The notes below the pieces were generated by a model. It had not been told where the DNA came from and did not search any database. It was given only the letters and a program-made list of their open reading frames with translations. The position numbers and the translations under genes were made by a program. Positions 14,399-29,945 of a DNA stretch of 64,000 nucleotides are shown in pieces. The first letter of the stretch is position 1, and each line of letters starts with the position of its first letter. The DNA is from Eledone cirrhosa (lineage: Eukaryota). The stretch covers positions 114,018,001 through 114,082,000 of the forward strand of contig OZ024745.1 of the NCBI GenBank assembly GCA_964016885.1. Direction: 5' to 3'.

Positions 14399-14708
14399 GT
14401 GTGTGTGCTTTGATCTGACTATATTTGTCCTCATCTCTATGAATTTATGGAATTCGAAATGCTTTGAAAATAACGAAGACTGGCACTCGAGTCCATACCA
14501 GTGGATACTTCTGGTGTCCTTGGCCATACCATAGGACCACCTCCCATTTCGCCACTATCGGCACGGGTTTAGCTACCCGCAGCTGTGAGCCTCGCGAGCT
14601 GGGATAGATCTTTTAACGTGTCTCCCTCACCACCCTCCGGAGAAACGACTACTCTGTTCAGCCCACCGGGACCGCGGGACGGCCGGAGCGCGGGCTCCCA
14701 TTTGCAAG

Positions 14709-15312
14709 TAATAATTGTTTCTACATTTGGCACAAGGCCAGCAAATATCCAGTGCATTACTGGTACTTTATTTTATCGACCTCATAAGGACGAAAGGCAA
14801 AGTTGACTTTGGCGGGATTTGAACTCAGAATAGAAAGGGCCGTAACTCTATCAGTCAAAGCATGGCGTCCGACCCTCTACCGATACTGCCAAGTAATAAT
14901 TGTTTCTACTTTTGGCACAAGGCCAGCAATTATCCAGTAAATTACTGGTACTTTATTTTATCGACCCCATAATGATGAAAGGCAAAGTTAACCTCGGCGG
15001 GATTTAAACTCAGAATGGCAAGGGCCGTACTCTATGCGTCAAAGCATGGCGTCCGACCCTCTACTGATAATAATTGTTTCTACTTTAGGCACAAGGCCAG
15101 CAAAATTATCCAGTGCATTACTGGTACTTTATTTTATCGACCCCGTAAGGATGAAAGGCAAAGTCAACCTCGGCGGGATTTGAACTCAGATCGTAAAGGG
15201 ACGTAACTGTGCTGCAAAGCATGGCGTCCGACCCTCTACCGATACTGCCAATCCACCGACGCCACCCTCTACCGATACTGCCAATCCACCGACGCCACCC
15301 TCTACCGATAAT
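14709..15312 (-). mobile_element. Three head-to-tail copies of the same SINE
   Basis: Repeated aataattgtttctac...cgaccctctaccgatactgcc units. Confidence 0.88.
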
Positions 15313-15645
15313 AATGACAGGTGGGAGAGCCAGAGAGACGGAGGCAGTGAGTAAATGAAAGAGAACATCAATGCATACACGCACACATTTTTCAGTTCGC
15401 ATATTTTGAATGAATTAATGTATCATACAGCCTTTCATTGCTGGTCTATTATTACATTTCAAATGTTATTATATGTTATACATGATTAATACAATGTGTC
15501 TAACTGGACAGTCCTTTGATTGAGAAATACATCTTGGTAGACTTTTGCTAATTATAAAGCCCAGAATTCTATCAATACAATATATATATATATGTAAAAG
15601 GTAAACAGAAATAACAACACAATCGGTACATGGAAGGGATATATT

Positions 15646-15719
<74 letters not shown>

Positions 15720-15726
15720 ATATATG

Positions 15727-15759
<33 letters not shown>

Positions 15760-15898
15760 GTATATATGATAATGATTTCTTTTGGATGAAACAGTTCTAG
15801 TCCTGTAGATGCCATTTGTATATAAAACTTTATATATATATATATATATATATACACGCACATATATATACAAATACACACACGCGTACACACACACG

Positions 15899-15987
<89 letters not shown>

Positions 15988-16725
15988 ATATATTGATCTG
16001 TCTTTCTCTATTTCTATTGCCTTGCCACCACTATCAATTTCTTTATCTGAATATCTAAATCTATCTTAACACTTTGCTAAACAGGTTTCTATCAACAAAG
16101 TACGACTATCTCTCAACCAATACAACATTAATTCTTTTATGCTTAAGTATATCTATTTATGTGTCTATTTACCCTGCTATTTAACTATGTAATTGTATGT
16201 GTGTTCTATTTATTATTATACAGTTGTCCATATTTCTCTTCTATTTATCTATTTATCTATCAATCTATGCCATTTGTTCGTCTATCATTAATAGTTTTGT
16301 ATATGTCTGTTAAAGATTCTTTGTCTGTATGCATATGTAACTAGTTATCTGTTCGCCTATCTATATGTCTTTCGTTTTTTTAAATCTTGCATCTATATAT
16401 TCTTGTTCATCTTTCTGCTTCCCTTTGTCTTCTATATAAAGCCACTCGCTAGCTGCTGACAGATACACTATTTCTCTCTCTCTCTCTCTCCCTTTCTCTC
16501 TCTCCCTCTCTTTCCCTTTCTAGCTAACCAGAATACTTCAGTTAGGACGTTCGATCTTCTAGAAATAGCAAATAGTTGTCAATTCTCCCTCAAATTACAC
16601 CCTACTGTTATAATAAAATATGTAGTCTTACATACTTTTTGCCAGATAAAAAGACGGTATGATCTCGGCTAGAATGCCTTTGATTGTAGGCCAACCCAAT
16701 CACGGATAATCAATAGCGATAATGG

Positions 16726-17289
16726 TTTCTTTATTAGCCACACAGGGTGGACATTAAGCAGACAATAAAGACGGCACAGGAAAATACAAAGTAGGTTTAT
16801 TGTGTGAATAAAGATTTATAACAAAAAATTTTAAAAGATACATTTAAAAAAATTATGAAACATAGTAAATTCCCCCAAATGGAGAGGGCCCCAAAATATT
16901 CACGGTCGCCCTGACCGCTAGGGCATGTGCCCTCTCCCACCTGTTCTCCTCCAATTTACAGGTGCATTCTCAGAGCAAGCCCATTCACTTGGACCATGCT
17001 CGCCACTCTCATCCGCCTTTCAAGAAACTGGTTGGAAGGCAAGACTTTCCTATCCAGCAGGATTTTTCTCTTGACGTGAAACCTAAAAAGGTTAATCAAG
17101 GCTTTGCCGAAGAAGAAAGTACTTGTCTTCAACACTTTCAAACACGCCCACCACATGATATCTTTCGCCATGGTCACCAGGCAGATAAAAACTGCCTGGC
17201 CCTCCCTCCCTACGGGGGTGGGTTGATGTTCTCGATGGACTCGGTTGATAGTCGGATCCGTCCTACACGCGAAAGCAGATGTTTGACAT
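16726..17289 (-). mobile_element. 3' fragment of a related Tx1-type LINE
   Basis: ORF 16956..17297 (EGQAVFICLVTMAKDIMWW) matches the C-terminus of 58502..59629; same tttctttattagccac terminus. Confidence 0.85.
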
Positions 17290-17369
17290 AAAACCACGAG
17301 TCAACAATACACCTAAACCAACGTCTGCAACAACAACAATAACAGCAACAACAACAACAACAACAACAG

Positions 17370-17427
<58 letters not shown>

Positions 17428-17596
17428 ATGTTCATCAAACGTCAAGGTGTTAGTTGTATTTCCTGCAACCTATTTTCCGCTGTGAACAAAATTGCTGAGA
17501 ATCACCTCTCTGTCCCAGCTCTAAACAAGTACCTAAACTATCCTCCTCCATATCTGCCACTCTGGTAACCTTACCACATCCATGGTCGACCTACAG

Positions 17597-18647
17597 ATGT
17601 TTAAACTGAACATGTTTAAACTGAACATGTTTAAACTAATCATGTTTAAACTAAACATGTTTAAACTAAACATGTTTAAACTAAACATGTTTAAACTAAA
17701 CATGTTTAAACTAAACATGTTTAAACTGAGCATGTTTAAACTGAACATGTTTAAACTGAACATGCTTAAACTAAACATGTTTAAACTAAACATGTTTAAA
17801 CTAAACATGTTTAAACTGAGCATGTTTAAACTGAACATGTGTAAACTGAACATGTTTAAACTGAACATGTTTAAACTAAACATGTTTAAACTAAACATGT
17901 TTAAACTGAACATGTTTGAACTGAACATGTTTAAACTGAACATGTTTAAACTAAACATGTTTAAACTGAACATATTTAAATTGAACATGTTTAAACTAAA
18001 CATGTTTAAACTGAACATATTTAAATTGAACATGTTTAAACTAAACATGTTTAAACTGAACATGCTTAAACTGAACATGCTTAAACTAAACATGTTTAAA
18101 CTAAACATGTTTAAACTGAACATGCTTAAACTGAACATGCTTAAACTAAACATGTTTAAACTAAACATGTTTAAACTGAACATGCTTAAACTGAACATGT
18201 TTAAACTAAACATGTTTAAACTGAACATGTTTAAACAGAACATGTTTAAACTAAACATGTTTAAACTGAACATGTTTAAACAGAACATGTTTAAACTGAA
18301 CATGTTTAAACTAAACATGTTTAAACTAAACATGTTTAAACTGAACATGTTTAAACTAAACATGTTTAAACTGAACATGTTTAAACAGAACATGTTTAAC
18401 TAAACATGTTTAAACTGAACATGTTTAAACAGAACATGTTTAAACTGAACATGTTTAAACTAAACATGTTTAAACTAAACATGTTTAAACTGAACATGTT
18501 TAAACTAAACATGTTTAAACTGAACATGCTTAAACTAAACATGTTTAAACTGAACATGTTTAAACTAAACATGTTTAAACTGAACATGCTTAAACTAAAC
18601 ATGTTTAAAGTGAACATGTTTAAACTGAACATGTTTAAAGTGAACAT
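17597..18647. repeat. 15-bp tandem satellite, about 70 units, consensus CATGTTTAAACT(G/A)AA
   Basis: Directly visible. One 1-bp deletion near 18398. Produces the spurious MFKLN/MFSLN ORFs. Confidence 0.97.
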
Positions 18648-18989
18648 CAACCACAGGGAGACACCGAGTGCTAGAACCAGAAGCAAAATTACCATTAATT
18701 ATAATCCTACCATCTTTGAAAAACAAAGAATAGGATTTATACTTAGATACACAACAACAATGAAGATAAAATAGTCTTTGCTCATATGTCTTCACCATGA
18801 AACACCAATAACAACGACTGCTCATACAGGCACACAGACTCATACACAAATACACGCACATACATACATACGTTGGTGTACATTTAAAATAGAAACAAAC
18901 AGAAACACTTCCACGCATATTCACACACACACAGACAAATACAAGTACGCACGCATAACCACCAATGCACAAACACAGAAACACACACG

Positions 18990-19946
<957 letters not shown>

Positions 19947-20291
19947 ACTTATATAAGCCTCCCATTATATGTCAGCACGTTAAATCCTCGTATTACATAG
20001 AACTGCCCCATCAACTACAAAGCAAGTACATGCTGTCCATTGTCCACAAGGACTTTAATTACATTGTCATTTCATCTTAAATACTCCAGCCCCTGCCCAT
20101 CACCAACTTCCTTTAACAAAAACACACCAAGCAGTCTAACTGACTCTCCCCTGCAGGAGAGTTCTTTCTCCTGTTCTCAATTAAACAAACGCATAATTCT
20201 TAACTTGTGTGTATGTTTGCATTCTGATTATGTATATGCGTGCACGTGTAAGGATGGTCACGTGTATAGACACACGCACACATATAAACAC

Positions 20292-20481
20292 AAGGTTCGA
20301 AAATTGATTAAAGGTGCTAACGATATTTTTTTCAATTTACAGGAAAATATGAATATTGACATGTTTATATGTCATGTCCAACTTTTATATACATTTTACA
20401 CATTCAGTTACCTTTATTCTGTGTATATAGATATAGATTTATCATATAGACACAAACACACATACATATATACATATATAT

Positions 20482-20521
<40 letters not shown>

Positions 20522-20711
20522 ATATATATGTATATATGTATGTGTGTTTGTGTCTATATGATAAATCTATATCTATATACACAGAATAAAGGTAACTGAA
20601 TGTGTAAAATGTATATAAAAGTTGGACATGACATATAAACATGTCAATATTCATATTTTCCTGTAAATTGAAAAAAATATCGTTAGCACCTTTAATCAAT
20701 TTTCGAACCTT
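20292..20711. repeat. About 420-bp essentially perfect palindrome centred on (TA)n
   Basis: aaggttcgaaaattgattaaagg... / ...cctttaatcaattttcgaacctt. The ORF track gives the same peptide on both strands (20040..20561 + and 20442..20699 -). Confidence 0.92.
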
Positions 20712-20732
20712 TTGGGGTTCTTGTGAAAAGAT
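20688..20732 (-). ncRNA. Decayed hammerhead motif at the edge of the 420-bp palindrome
   Basis: atctt-ttcacaa-gaacc-ccaaaa-ggttc-GAA-aattgatt-A-aaggt. Stems are intact; the CUGANGA box is mutated. Confidence 0.4.
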
Positions 20733-20863
20733 ATGTATGTTAACTAAAGACCCACTTGGAAATACCTAACTGAGGGACATATATACCTTATTACATGAAT
20801 GGACGTATGAATTTGTATTTCATTTGCGTTCAGGTTGGTAGTTAATTTTCATACATATCTAAA

Positions 20864-20962
<99 letters not shown>

Positions 20963-21088
20963 GATGATAAGGAAGAAAAATCTTTTTTTTCCGTTCTTTT
21001 TTTCTTTTTCGGGGTTAGAAAATGTTTAAAACAAATTATTTTACTTTCTGTGAAGTGTCAAAGCATTAATTTATTTATTTAATAATTA

Positions 21089-21128
21089 ACAATTACCGGT
21101 TTCAGCATTTTATGCATTTTCAAATTGT
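21089..21128 (-). ncRNA. Decayed minimal hammerhead motif
   Basis: acaat-ttgaaaa-tgcat-aaa-atgct-GAA-AC-cg-GT-A-attgt. Two transitions in the core box. Confidence 0.45.
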
Positions 21129-21617
21129 GTGAGTGGAAGAGAGAGAAAAGGGAATTTGTGTTTGTACAAAATGTAGAACAGAAATTAAGGTGATGTTAAA
21201 CATGCTAGAGGAAGTAATGGAGGTAATGGGAAAGAGGAAATAATATTATTTACAAACATGGTTTTTGAAGACAAGCAGTGCAAGCATTGTTTTAGGCGAG
21301 ATTACTGAAAAACGTTCCTTCTTTGAGGAGGCAAATGGCCGTCCGGGACTGTTTTTCCCTTTTTAGAGAATTAATATGCAGAGGGAGGTAATTCAGGATG
21401 GCAGAGTAGGGTAGGTTGACTGTCGATCGACAAGATCCCAGACCTCATCAAATCGGACTTAGGAAGCAATGTTTCCTGTGGTCTTTCTACCGGTCCCCAA
21501 TCCAGGCAAAAGGAGCCACGTGAAATAAAGTGTCTCACTCAAGGACATAATGCTTCATCCAGTCTGAGAATCGAACTCACAACATCACAATTGCGGATTC
21601 AATTTCCTAAGCACTCA

Positions 21618-21876
<259 letters not shown>

Positions 21877-23158
21877 CCAGCACTACGATAATTTCTATGT
21901 ACCTTCGGTGTCTTAAGGCTATCCATCCTATATATGCCCCAGATAAAATCTAACAAGAAGTACTGAGATTAAAAAACTATATATATTTCTTTTCCATATT
22001 TATTCTTCACTCTACATTTAGATTAACAAATAAGTAAAAAGGAAAAAATAAAATCTCAAGATGTACTGAATATATTAAACCATATTGCAATAAAAATCAC
22101 GAAATTATATACAGAAATAAAGCACTCTCAATTTGCAGTTTGGTTGACTGATAAACAGAGTTCTTTTTGTTCTGACCACACTAAGAAAATTAGTGAGATT
22201 GTATTTTCCACTCCTCATTTCTTAATAGCATATATTGCATCCTGTACAACATTAGAAAGGGGACTATTATCAAACAATTTAGGGGTTGTAATAAATAATA
22301 CAACGGTTTTGAAGCTGGTGTACTTTGGCAGACGCGGTAACCCCATATTCTCATTTTATTTGAGATTTAGTTTCTTAATCTTTCCATCACAGTACAATGT
22401 GAAATGGATTTTTATATAACGTGTAATGTCAACCGCTATCAATGTTTTATCTCCTCCCAAGATTAAAGTAGCTAAGCTAAAGTTAGCTTCACTATTTTGA
22501 TTGTTCCTTCACTACATAACTTAACTCAAATTTACCTATTGTTTTGCATGCAGTCTGTGTCTCAGAATAATTTACTCTCTGATCAGTTCTATTTTGCTAT
22601 ATCAACCAATGTATAATCTACAATAGTGCATCCACTTATGGGTTTTAACTAAGACAAATGCTATGCTTAATTGACGAGGTCTAAATATAAGATCCAGTCG
22701 AAAAATGTTTTAAATAGTAGTTTTATACTTATTGCATTTTCCTCTAAGCGTGATTATTTCTAGTTAGTTTTTTAATGCTCTCTCCATTAAATATGCATGT
22801 TAATACTTTCTTAACAACCACGCTTTAGTGACACACTCAATGCAACAGCTTATAGTAGTGGTTTGTTAATTGGAAAGCTGTGATTATCCATTATTGGGGT
22901 ACATAAGCCAAGGACTCATAACTATGTCTACATAATAGACATGTTCCTATGGTTTCGTATTAATTTTCTCAGATCCTTTTATCTGTTCTTGATAAATAGC
23001 AGTTCTATAAAACCCACATTTCATTTCTCTCTCCATCTTATTCAGCAGTTGAAACAGATACTCTTGAGCGTGCACGAATGTATAAGCTTGTAAGTAGTAA
23101 CTAAGTTTATACGACAGCCATAAATATTTTAAAACCAGTTTATTAATTATGGATACTA

Positions 23159-23346
23159 TAATTGTTTCTACTTTAGGCACAAGGCCAGCAATTACCCAGT
23201 GCATTACTGGTACTTTATTTTATCGACCCCGTAAGGATGAAAGGCAAAGTCAACCTCGGCGGGATTTGAACTCAGATCGTAAAGGGACGTAACTATGCTG
23301 GAAAGCATGGTGTCCGACCCTCTACCGATACTGCCAATCCACCACC
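23159..23346 (-). mobile_element. SINE with target-site duplication attatggatactataat
   Basis: TSD at about 23146 and 23347. Confidence 0.9.
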
Positions 23347-23700
23347 ATTATGGATACTATAATGTTTAGTAGATAGAAAGATTTTAAACGTGCCATGGAC
23401 AATGTGTTGGTTTATCTTAAGCAACGTTCATAGCAGGTCTAGAAATATTTAAGCCATGTTAGGAGACGAATTGTAGTCTAGCGTGTGAATGACGTATTCG
23501 TTTTTCTATATCACTCCACGACGGCATAATATATTTCTTTGAAACCATCAAAAGTAAACAAACATTAAAGCAAATAAAGATGCAAAATTTCGATCTTGGT
23601 ATAGTGTAAAAGCGGTGAAGATGCATCTGCCAAAAAACTTCTATACTTAATATAGTATGTATTTGGTTGGCTTAGTGCGTATAAATTTAGTTGGTGGGTG

Positions 23701-23800
<100 letters not shown>

Positions 23801-25210
23801 ATATATATATATATAATCTTTATGTATATATTCATGTATTCTTGAATATGTTTGCCTGAGCAGAACGTCTATGTAAGGAATGTGGGGTGGAGAATACAGA
23901 TTTTGAAAGATGTTTTCCACTTCAATCGGTGAAGTGAGTCTGGGTGTTTTGTAGCTCTCATTATTGTTTGCGAAGAAAAGATGAAGACCAAAATCTTTAT
24001 TAGAATATTAGATGATCTCTGTGAAAGAGAGTTAGAGAGAAAAAAAGAGAGAGCAAAAGTGAGAGGGAGAAAGTGGGAGTGTCAGAGGGGAAAGAAAGAA
24101 GGTGGGGTGAGGGAGAAATGGAAGAGAGAATGGAGTATAAAATGAAAGAAAATGTGTGGGAAAGTGAAATTCGTTTGGATATTGCTGGAATTTTGATTTA
24201 TTGAGCAAATTTTGATTTATTATATCTGTTCCATTTCTTTTAGATTCCGATGTTTTATTTATTTATTTCATTAATACTTTATTATATTGTTAATTCGGTT
24301 TTTGCTTTATTTTTTCTTCAGTATTTTATCCTTATACAATCCCATTGGTACTATGTTTCTTTCTGCAAAGCCTATTTTTCAAGAATTCTGCACGATGATT
24401 GGTCGTTTTAAGCACGCGTAAGTTGAATTCACGATAAGTCGATCTGTCATTACAGGAAACTCAGTAGGCTTGAAATCTGATAATGTTTTTGGCTGAAAAT
24501 GGCAATTATAGAGGAAATTGGGGATTCTCCAAGACAGTTGTCAATCGATTTCTTCATGAATGCCATCTTTTTGCGTACACTCATCCACGTATTTCCCCTC
24601 CCCCAACTCACTAGCGACGCCATCTTTCCTTTTCGAAGCCGTCCCCTTTACTGTCTAACCAATCAGCCAATAAACCAACTTTACTTACGACTTCATCTCA
24701 ACTTAACCGTCTCGCTGTTTCCGATCTTTATATTGTTGCTTACTCTTGCCATTATTACCATTCCACCAATTCTTATTACATTATCTTCATCTTGTCAGTT
24801 TTTCTTTTTTTAACGTTTTTCTTATTCTTTTTCTCATCTTTTTTTAGACTTACGCCATTTCGTATTTTATTTTCAATTTGTATTTTTTTTCTTTCTTCCT
24901 CTATCTTCCTTATTATTACAACTCCCACTCAGTAAAGAATGAAAGTCACACAATCCCATATCTATTTCTTATTTTCCTGGGGTTTCCTTTCAATATAAGA
25001 AATCTTTATTGTATTAGACATTCACATATTCTAACTCCCGCGTCTTCTTTCCAATCACCATTGGCATTTTTCTCTTTTCAGTGATCATATTTTTCTTTCT
25101 CTTTTATTACTCCCATTCTCTCTTCTATAACATCTCCCTCCCCACCCCACCCCGCGTCCTGACACCAGCCAGGGGAATGTGTGAGTTTCCGTTCACAGAA
25201 TGGTTGTCAT

Positions 25211-25397
25211 TGGATTGGCAGTATCAGTAGAGGGCCGGACGCCATGCTTTGAAGCATAGAGTTACCTCCGTGTATGATCTGATTTCAAATCCCGCCGAGG
25301 TTAACTTTGCCTTTATCCTTACGGGGTCGATAAAATAAAGTACCAGTAATGCACTGGGTAATTGCTGGCCTTGTGCCAAAAGTAGAAACAATTATTA
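25211..25397 (+). mobile_element. SINE copy
   Basis: Same sequence as 6688-6892. Confidence 0.85.
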
Positions 25398-27559
25398 TGA
25401 TTAAGGAGATCCATTTACTTTGGTTTTGAAATTGAATGACCTCATAGACAGATACTCACTCAAGGCTCTGGTCGGGGCAACCGGTTTTAAAGCATTTACC
25501 CCTTCTCCTTGTTAGTTACGAATATCTCCCCCACAGGAAGAACAGGAGCTGGGCTTTGTTTGTCAGATTCTATTGGGAGAGAGCCTCAGCATTATTCGCT
25601 TCTTGGAACAAGGAAAAGAAGGTATCTACCAATTCTGGAGCTTTCTACTAATGGTGCTATTCAAACAGGAGTCTCAGAGATACATTGATATTGTTTTGGG
25701 GTTATTATTTCTATGACGAGGTACATCCAAGAAATGGCCCTATGTTCTTGAAGGGCCATTCACACAAGCGAAATAATGTTGACCATATATCATTTGTCGT
25801 CACCTTCACTCATACCACCCAATTGCAATGAGTGAACCGTCAATATCGCTGCCAAATGCATTGTTCCATGTATGGCGATACAGTCCTATACATAGATGTG
25901 TATCGCACTATCTCTGCTTGGTATATTGTCTAGTCTTAGGATTTGAAAACACTGCTATATGCTATGCTCCGATCAATGCAATCTGCTTCCTTAGTCACAA
26001 AACTTCCTTATATGAGTTTTTTGGTGGCACACAGACACCCACCACTCTCGTGGGGAGGTGGGGAGGGAGAAGCATGTTACACTTTTCTTCTTTGACTGTT
26101 TGAAAAAGTCACCAATAAAGGCGACACAGTTCAGTGTCACACACCACTATCACACTTTTTTTTTATTATCAAACTGGACCTCGTCCATGTCCCAAATTTC
26201 CTTATTGAAAGTAACATTTGCAGAGTGGTGCACCGTTTATTTTTCTTCTTTTTTTTTATATATATATATTGATGTTGCTATTGTTTTTCTTGCTATTGTT
26301 ATATAAGTCACTAAATCTATTAAAAGGGATATTATTATGGACACCATGCTTTGCAGTACAGAGTTGCGGCCCTTTGCGGTCTGAGCTCAAATCCTGTCGA
26401 GGTTAGCTTTGCCTTTCATCCTTACGGGGTCGATAAAATAAAGCACCAGTAATGCAATTTCATCGACTTTCCCCCTCCCCAAAAAATGTCTGGCCTTGTG
26501 CCTATACTAGAAATAATTATTATCAATTTAAAAAAATCATATTTTTTCGCTTAAAATGCATGTGTACCAGTACAAAGTATTCCAGTTATGTTTTGTTTTA
26601 TTTGTTGTCAGTGTAATGTCAAAGTTTTTCTTTGTGTGGGCGTCGCTTCTATTAAGCGTTGACATTTTTTTGTTGAATGTAAACAAATGTTTACAATTAA
26701 TGAACGCAAAATAAACAACAACAATAAAATTGTTGAAAATGTTAATCACGAAAATTTCCCTTACACGTCAAAACAAAGTAAATAATAAAACACAACAAAG
26801 CCAAACCCTTTAATACATACAGATTACTGGGCGACAAAAACCTGACCAGTATAACAGACATAGAGTTATAAATAAACAGGAACCTGAGAGAGATTTAAGT
26901 AATAGAAAGTCTAAGGGTGGAAATGATGAACATCACAGTTTAGAGGTCGAAATAATTAACAAAACCTAAAAACAATATATCTCCCAAATTGATCAACGAA
27001 ATTAGCTGACATGAATAAAACCCAACGATAAAACAAAAGCGCAAACATGGCTGTTTCAAATTTTATGAAAATAGTCAAGAACATCACTACCACCAGTTAG
27101 TTACAAACGTGAGAACTCCCTTAGATGTACTCATATAGGAATATCAAATCCCATGCAAGCAATCTGGAGTGAATATGCTGACAACATTTCAAAAAATAAA
27201 AGAAAATATCACTCAGTGATTAATTAAATCAATAATTAAATCAACAAAACTAAGAAATGGGTGAGACAAATACTGTAAAAATGTATCCAAAAAGAAACGC
27301 ATGAAATGAGAGAATCCCACTAAATTTGCCAGTAGGAAAAGTAACAATTCCTTTACTCCAACTCAAAAGGTTATTTTATCAAGAATTAGTTAGAAGCAAA
27401 ATAGAAATCATTGTAAGACCAACAGCAAAAGACGTAGCAAATATCTTGCTGGGTATATAGACAGCGAAGCAATCACCATATATGGTATTCTGCAAACCAA
27501 TGAATATAGTATCTGAACTAACATGGGAATTGATCGCAACTCAAGCAGTAGCACCAACG

Positions 27560-28560
27560 ATACATAAAAGAACACTTGCAAAACATAAGGGCATGATTAA
27601 GATACATTTCTGGTTAACATATGTAACAGAGTCACATAATGTTCTATCTGGCAATGGTGTATAATGAGATACTGATGGAGACGAGGACAGGACTTGATTA
27701 GATGTTTGAAGGGAAAGCCAGATTATTCCCCCAGTATTAACCAAACAATGAACTCTAAACACCAGAGGCCAACGACCTTCTATCCTACATTTTACAAAGC
27801 CTTAACTATAATAGTATCACAAAGAATAAAAAATATGGCTGGAAGAAGTGAACCCGTTTAAAGAAAAGGAGGAGGCATGCTGGAATGGTTCATATGGTTA
27901 ACCATATATAGTGACTACAGAAAAGGGGTTTAGAGTTTCATTAATTAACTATCAGACGGTGGATTGGCAGTATCAGTAGAGAGTCGGATGCCATGCTTTC
28001 CAGCATAGTTACGTCCCTTTACGATCTGAGTTCAAATCCCGCCGAGGTTGACTTTGTCTTTCATCCTTACGGGGTCGATAAAATAAAGTACCAGTAATGC
28101 ACTGGGTATTTGCTGGCCTTGTGCCTAAACTAGAAACAATTAATTAACTATCAGACGGCTTTTCGCAGTAAATCGATACATTTTGATCCTGGAAACATTA
28201 ATTTTGATTAAGATAGGAGAAGAACGAGTGAAATGGAAAGGTATCCTTAACTGGTGCCTGAAGATAGGAGATGAGAAACAATTGGACGCTACAGCAAACC
28301 CGTGGGCATACAAAAACCACGGACACACAAGTATTAAAAAGCAATGAACAGATGTGATCTCTCCAACAGAGACTCTCACTCCATCAATGATCTTTTCAAC
28401 CACAGTGAGCTGCTCCTGAATAATAGCTAAACGGGGAAGAAAAAACTATATCAGGGATGTAACTTATAAATGTTCAAACATGTGCCTATATATATAAAGA
28501 AAAAAAACGACCCATTTCGGAGATTGATTTTTTACATTTTCAGATGATCTTGCTTTGAAA
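27560..28560 (+). pseudogene. Highly decayed non-LTR reverse transcriptase, R4/Dong-like, interrupted by a SINE
   Basis: Remnant peptides KIHFWL, QRPTTFYPTFYKALT, EEACWNGSYG, INYQTAF and SDDL in the order expected for RT motifs. The A-rich region from about 26760 may belong to it. Confidence 0.6.
27960..28140 (+). mobile_element. SINE with 19-bp TSD ttaattaactatcagacgg, inserted into the old LINE
   Basis: TSD at 27941-27959 and 28140-28158. Confidence 0.9.
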
Positions 28561-28718
28561 GCAGACATTTTTTGCTCAAACTTTTAATCTGTACTAATAA
28601 TATTTGATCTAAGGGTTTATGTGTAACTATATACATGTGTGTGTAAGTGTGTGTGTGTGTGTGTGTGTGTGCAACTCTTTTGGAGTGCTTTTTGGGTTTT
28701 GGTCTTGATATATATTAT

Positions 28719-28754
<36 letters not shown>

Positions 28755-28883
28755 GTATGTAGTTGAAATTCGAGAGAAAAGAGTACTCAATACCAAAGTA
28801 GAGATCATATATTCATTTTATTAATGCGATATAGTAAGTTTTCTTATTCTGGAGCAACACGACTCACTGTGGGTATTTGTATG

Positions 28884-28976
<93 letters not shown>

Positions 28977-29699
28977 GTCTGTCTGTCTGTCTCTCTGTCT
29001 GTCTGCCTGTCTGTATGTCTGTGAGTGTGTCTGTGTGTCTGTCTAAGTGTATGAATGTGTAACTGTATAAGATTGTAAATTCTTGGCTCTGAACTTCGAT
29101 ATTTTGATATTTAGTAACCAAAAGACCTAGAGATGTATTATTTATCATTTTTGCACTTTTCAAAAAACATACCCAGAGACAAGTCACGAGAAGGCATCGG
29201 CTCCATTGTTACGTTTCATACATTACAGAGTGAATGCACCTGCTGCTTGTGACCACACGTGAACACAGCAGATTGAATCTAGCTCAAGTCACTCGATTAT
29301 GACCATTCTAACATATATATACGTTTATTCCAGCCATGCATATTCTTTCATGTCCTGCGGATGTAGAACACGCCCATTAATCTAATTGGCAGAAGCAGTG
29401 ATGCATTTTTTGGTGAACAGAAAACATGTAATCTAATAAACCCTCCAGAATGTCTATATACCAGCGAGTGTGTGTCTGTGTGTGTCTATGTGTGTGTCTA
29501 TGTGTGTGTGTGTGTGAGTGTGTGTATGTGTGCCTGTGTATGTGTATGTGTATGTGCGTATGATTGTAGGAATGCGGTGGTGTATATATTCGAACTAAAG
29601 TGTACACATGAATTTATCTGTACAATCTCATAGAAGAAATCATGGACATGGATGCAAACACTAGCATATATATCAATATTCATGTGTATATACATGCAT

Positions 29700-29763
29700 A
29701 TATATATATATACATACATACATACATATATACATATATTCACACATATTTTCGTATTCATTT

Positions 29764-29803
<40 letters not shown>

Positions 29804-29891
29804 AAATGAATACGAAAATATGTGTGAATATATGTATATATGTACATACATACATATATACATATATTCACACATATTTTCGTATTCATTT

Positions 29892-29945
<54 letters not shown>

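Noticed and set aside
17597-18647. CRISPR-like regular repeat
   Set aside because: No unique spacers and no cas genes; eukaryotic context.
17533-18774. Long ORFs on both strands (MFSLN / MFKLN repeats)
   Set aside because: They follow from a stop-free 15-bp satellite unit; no splice or protein evidence.
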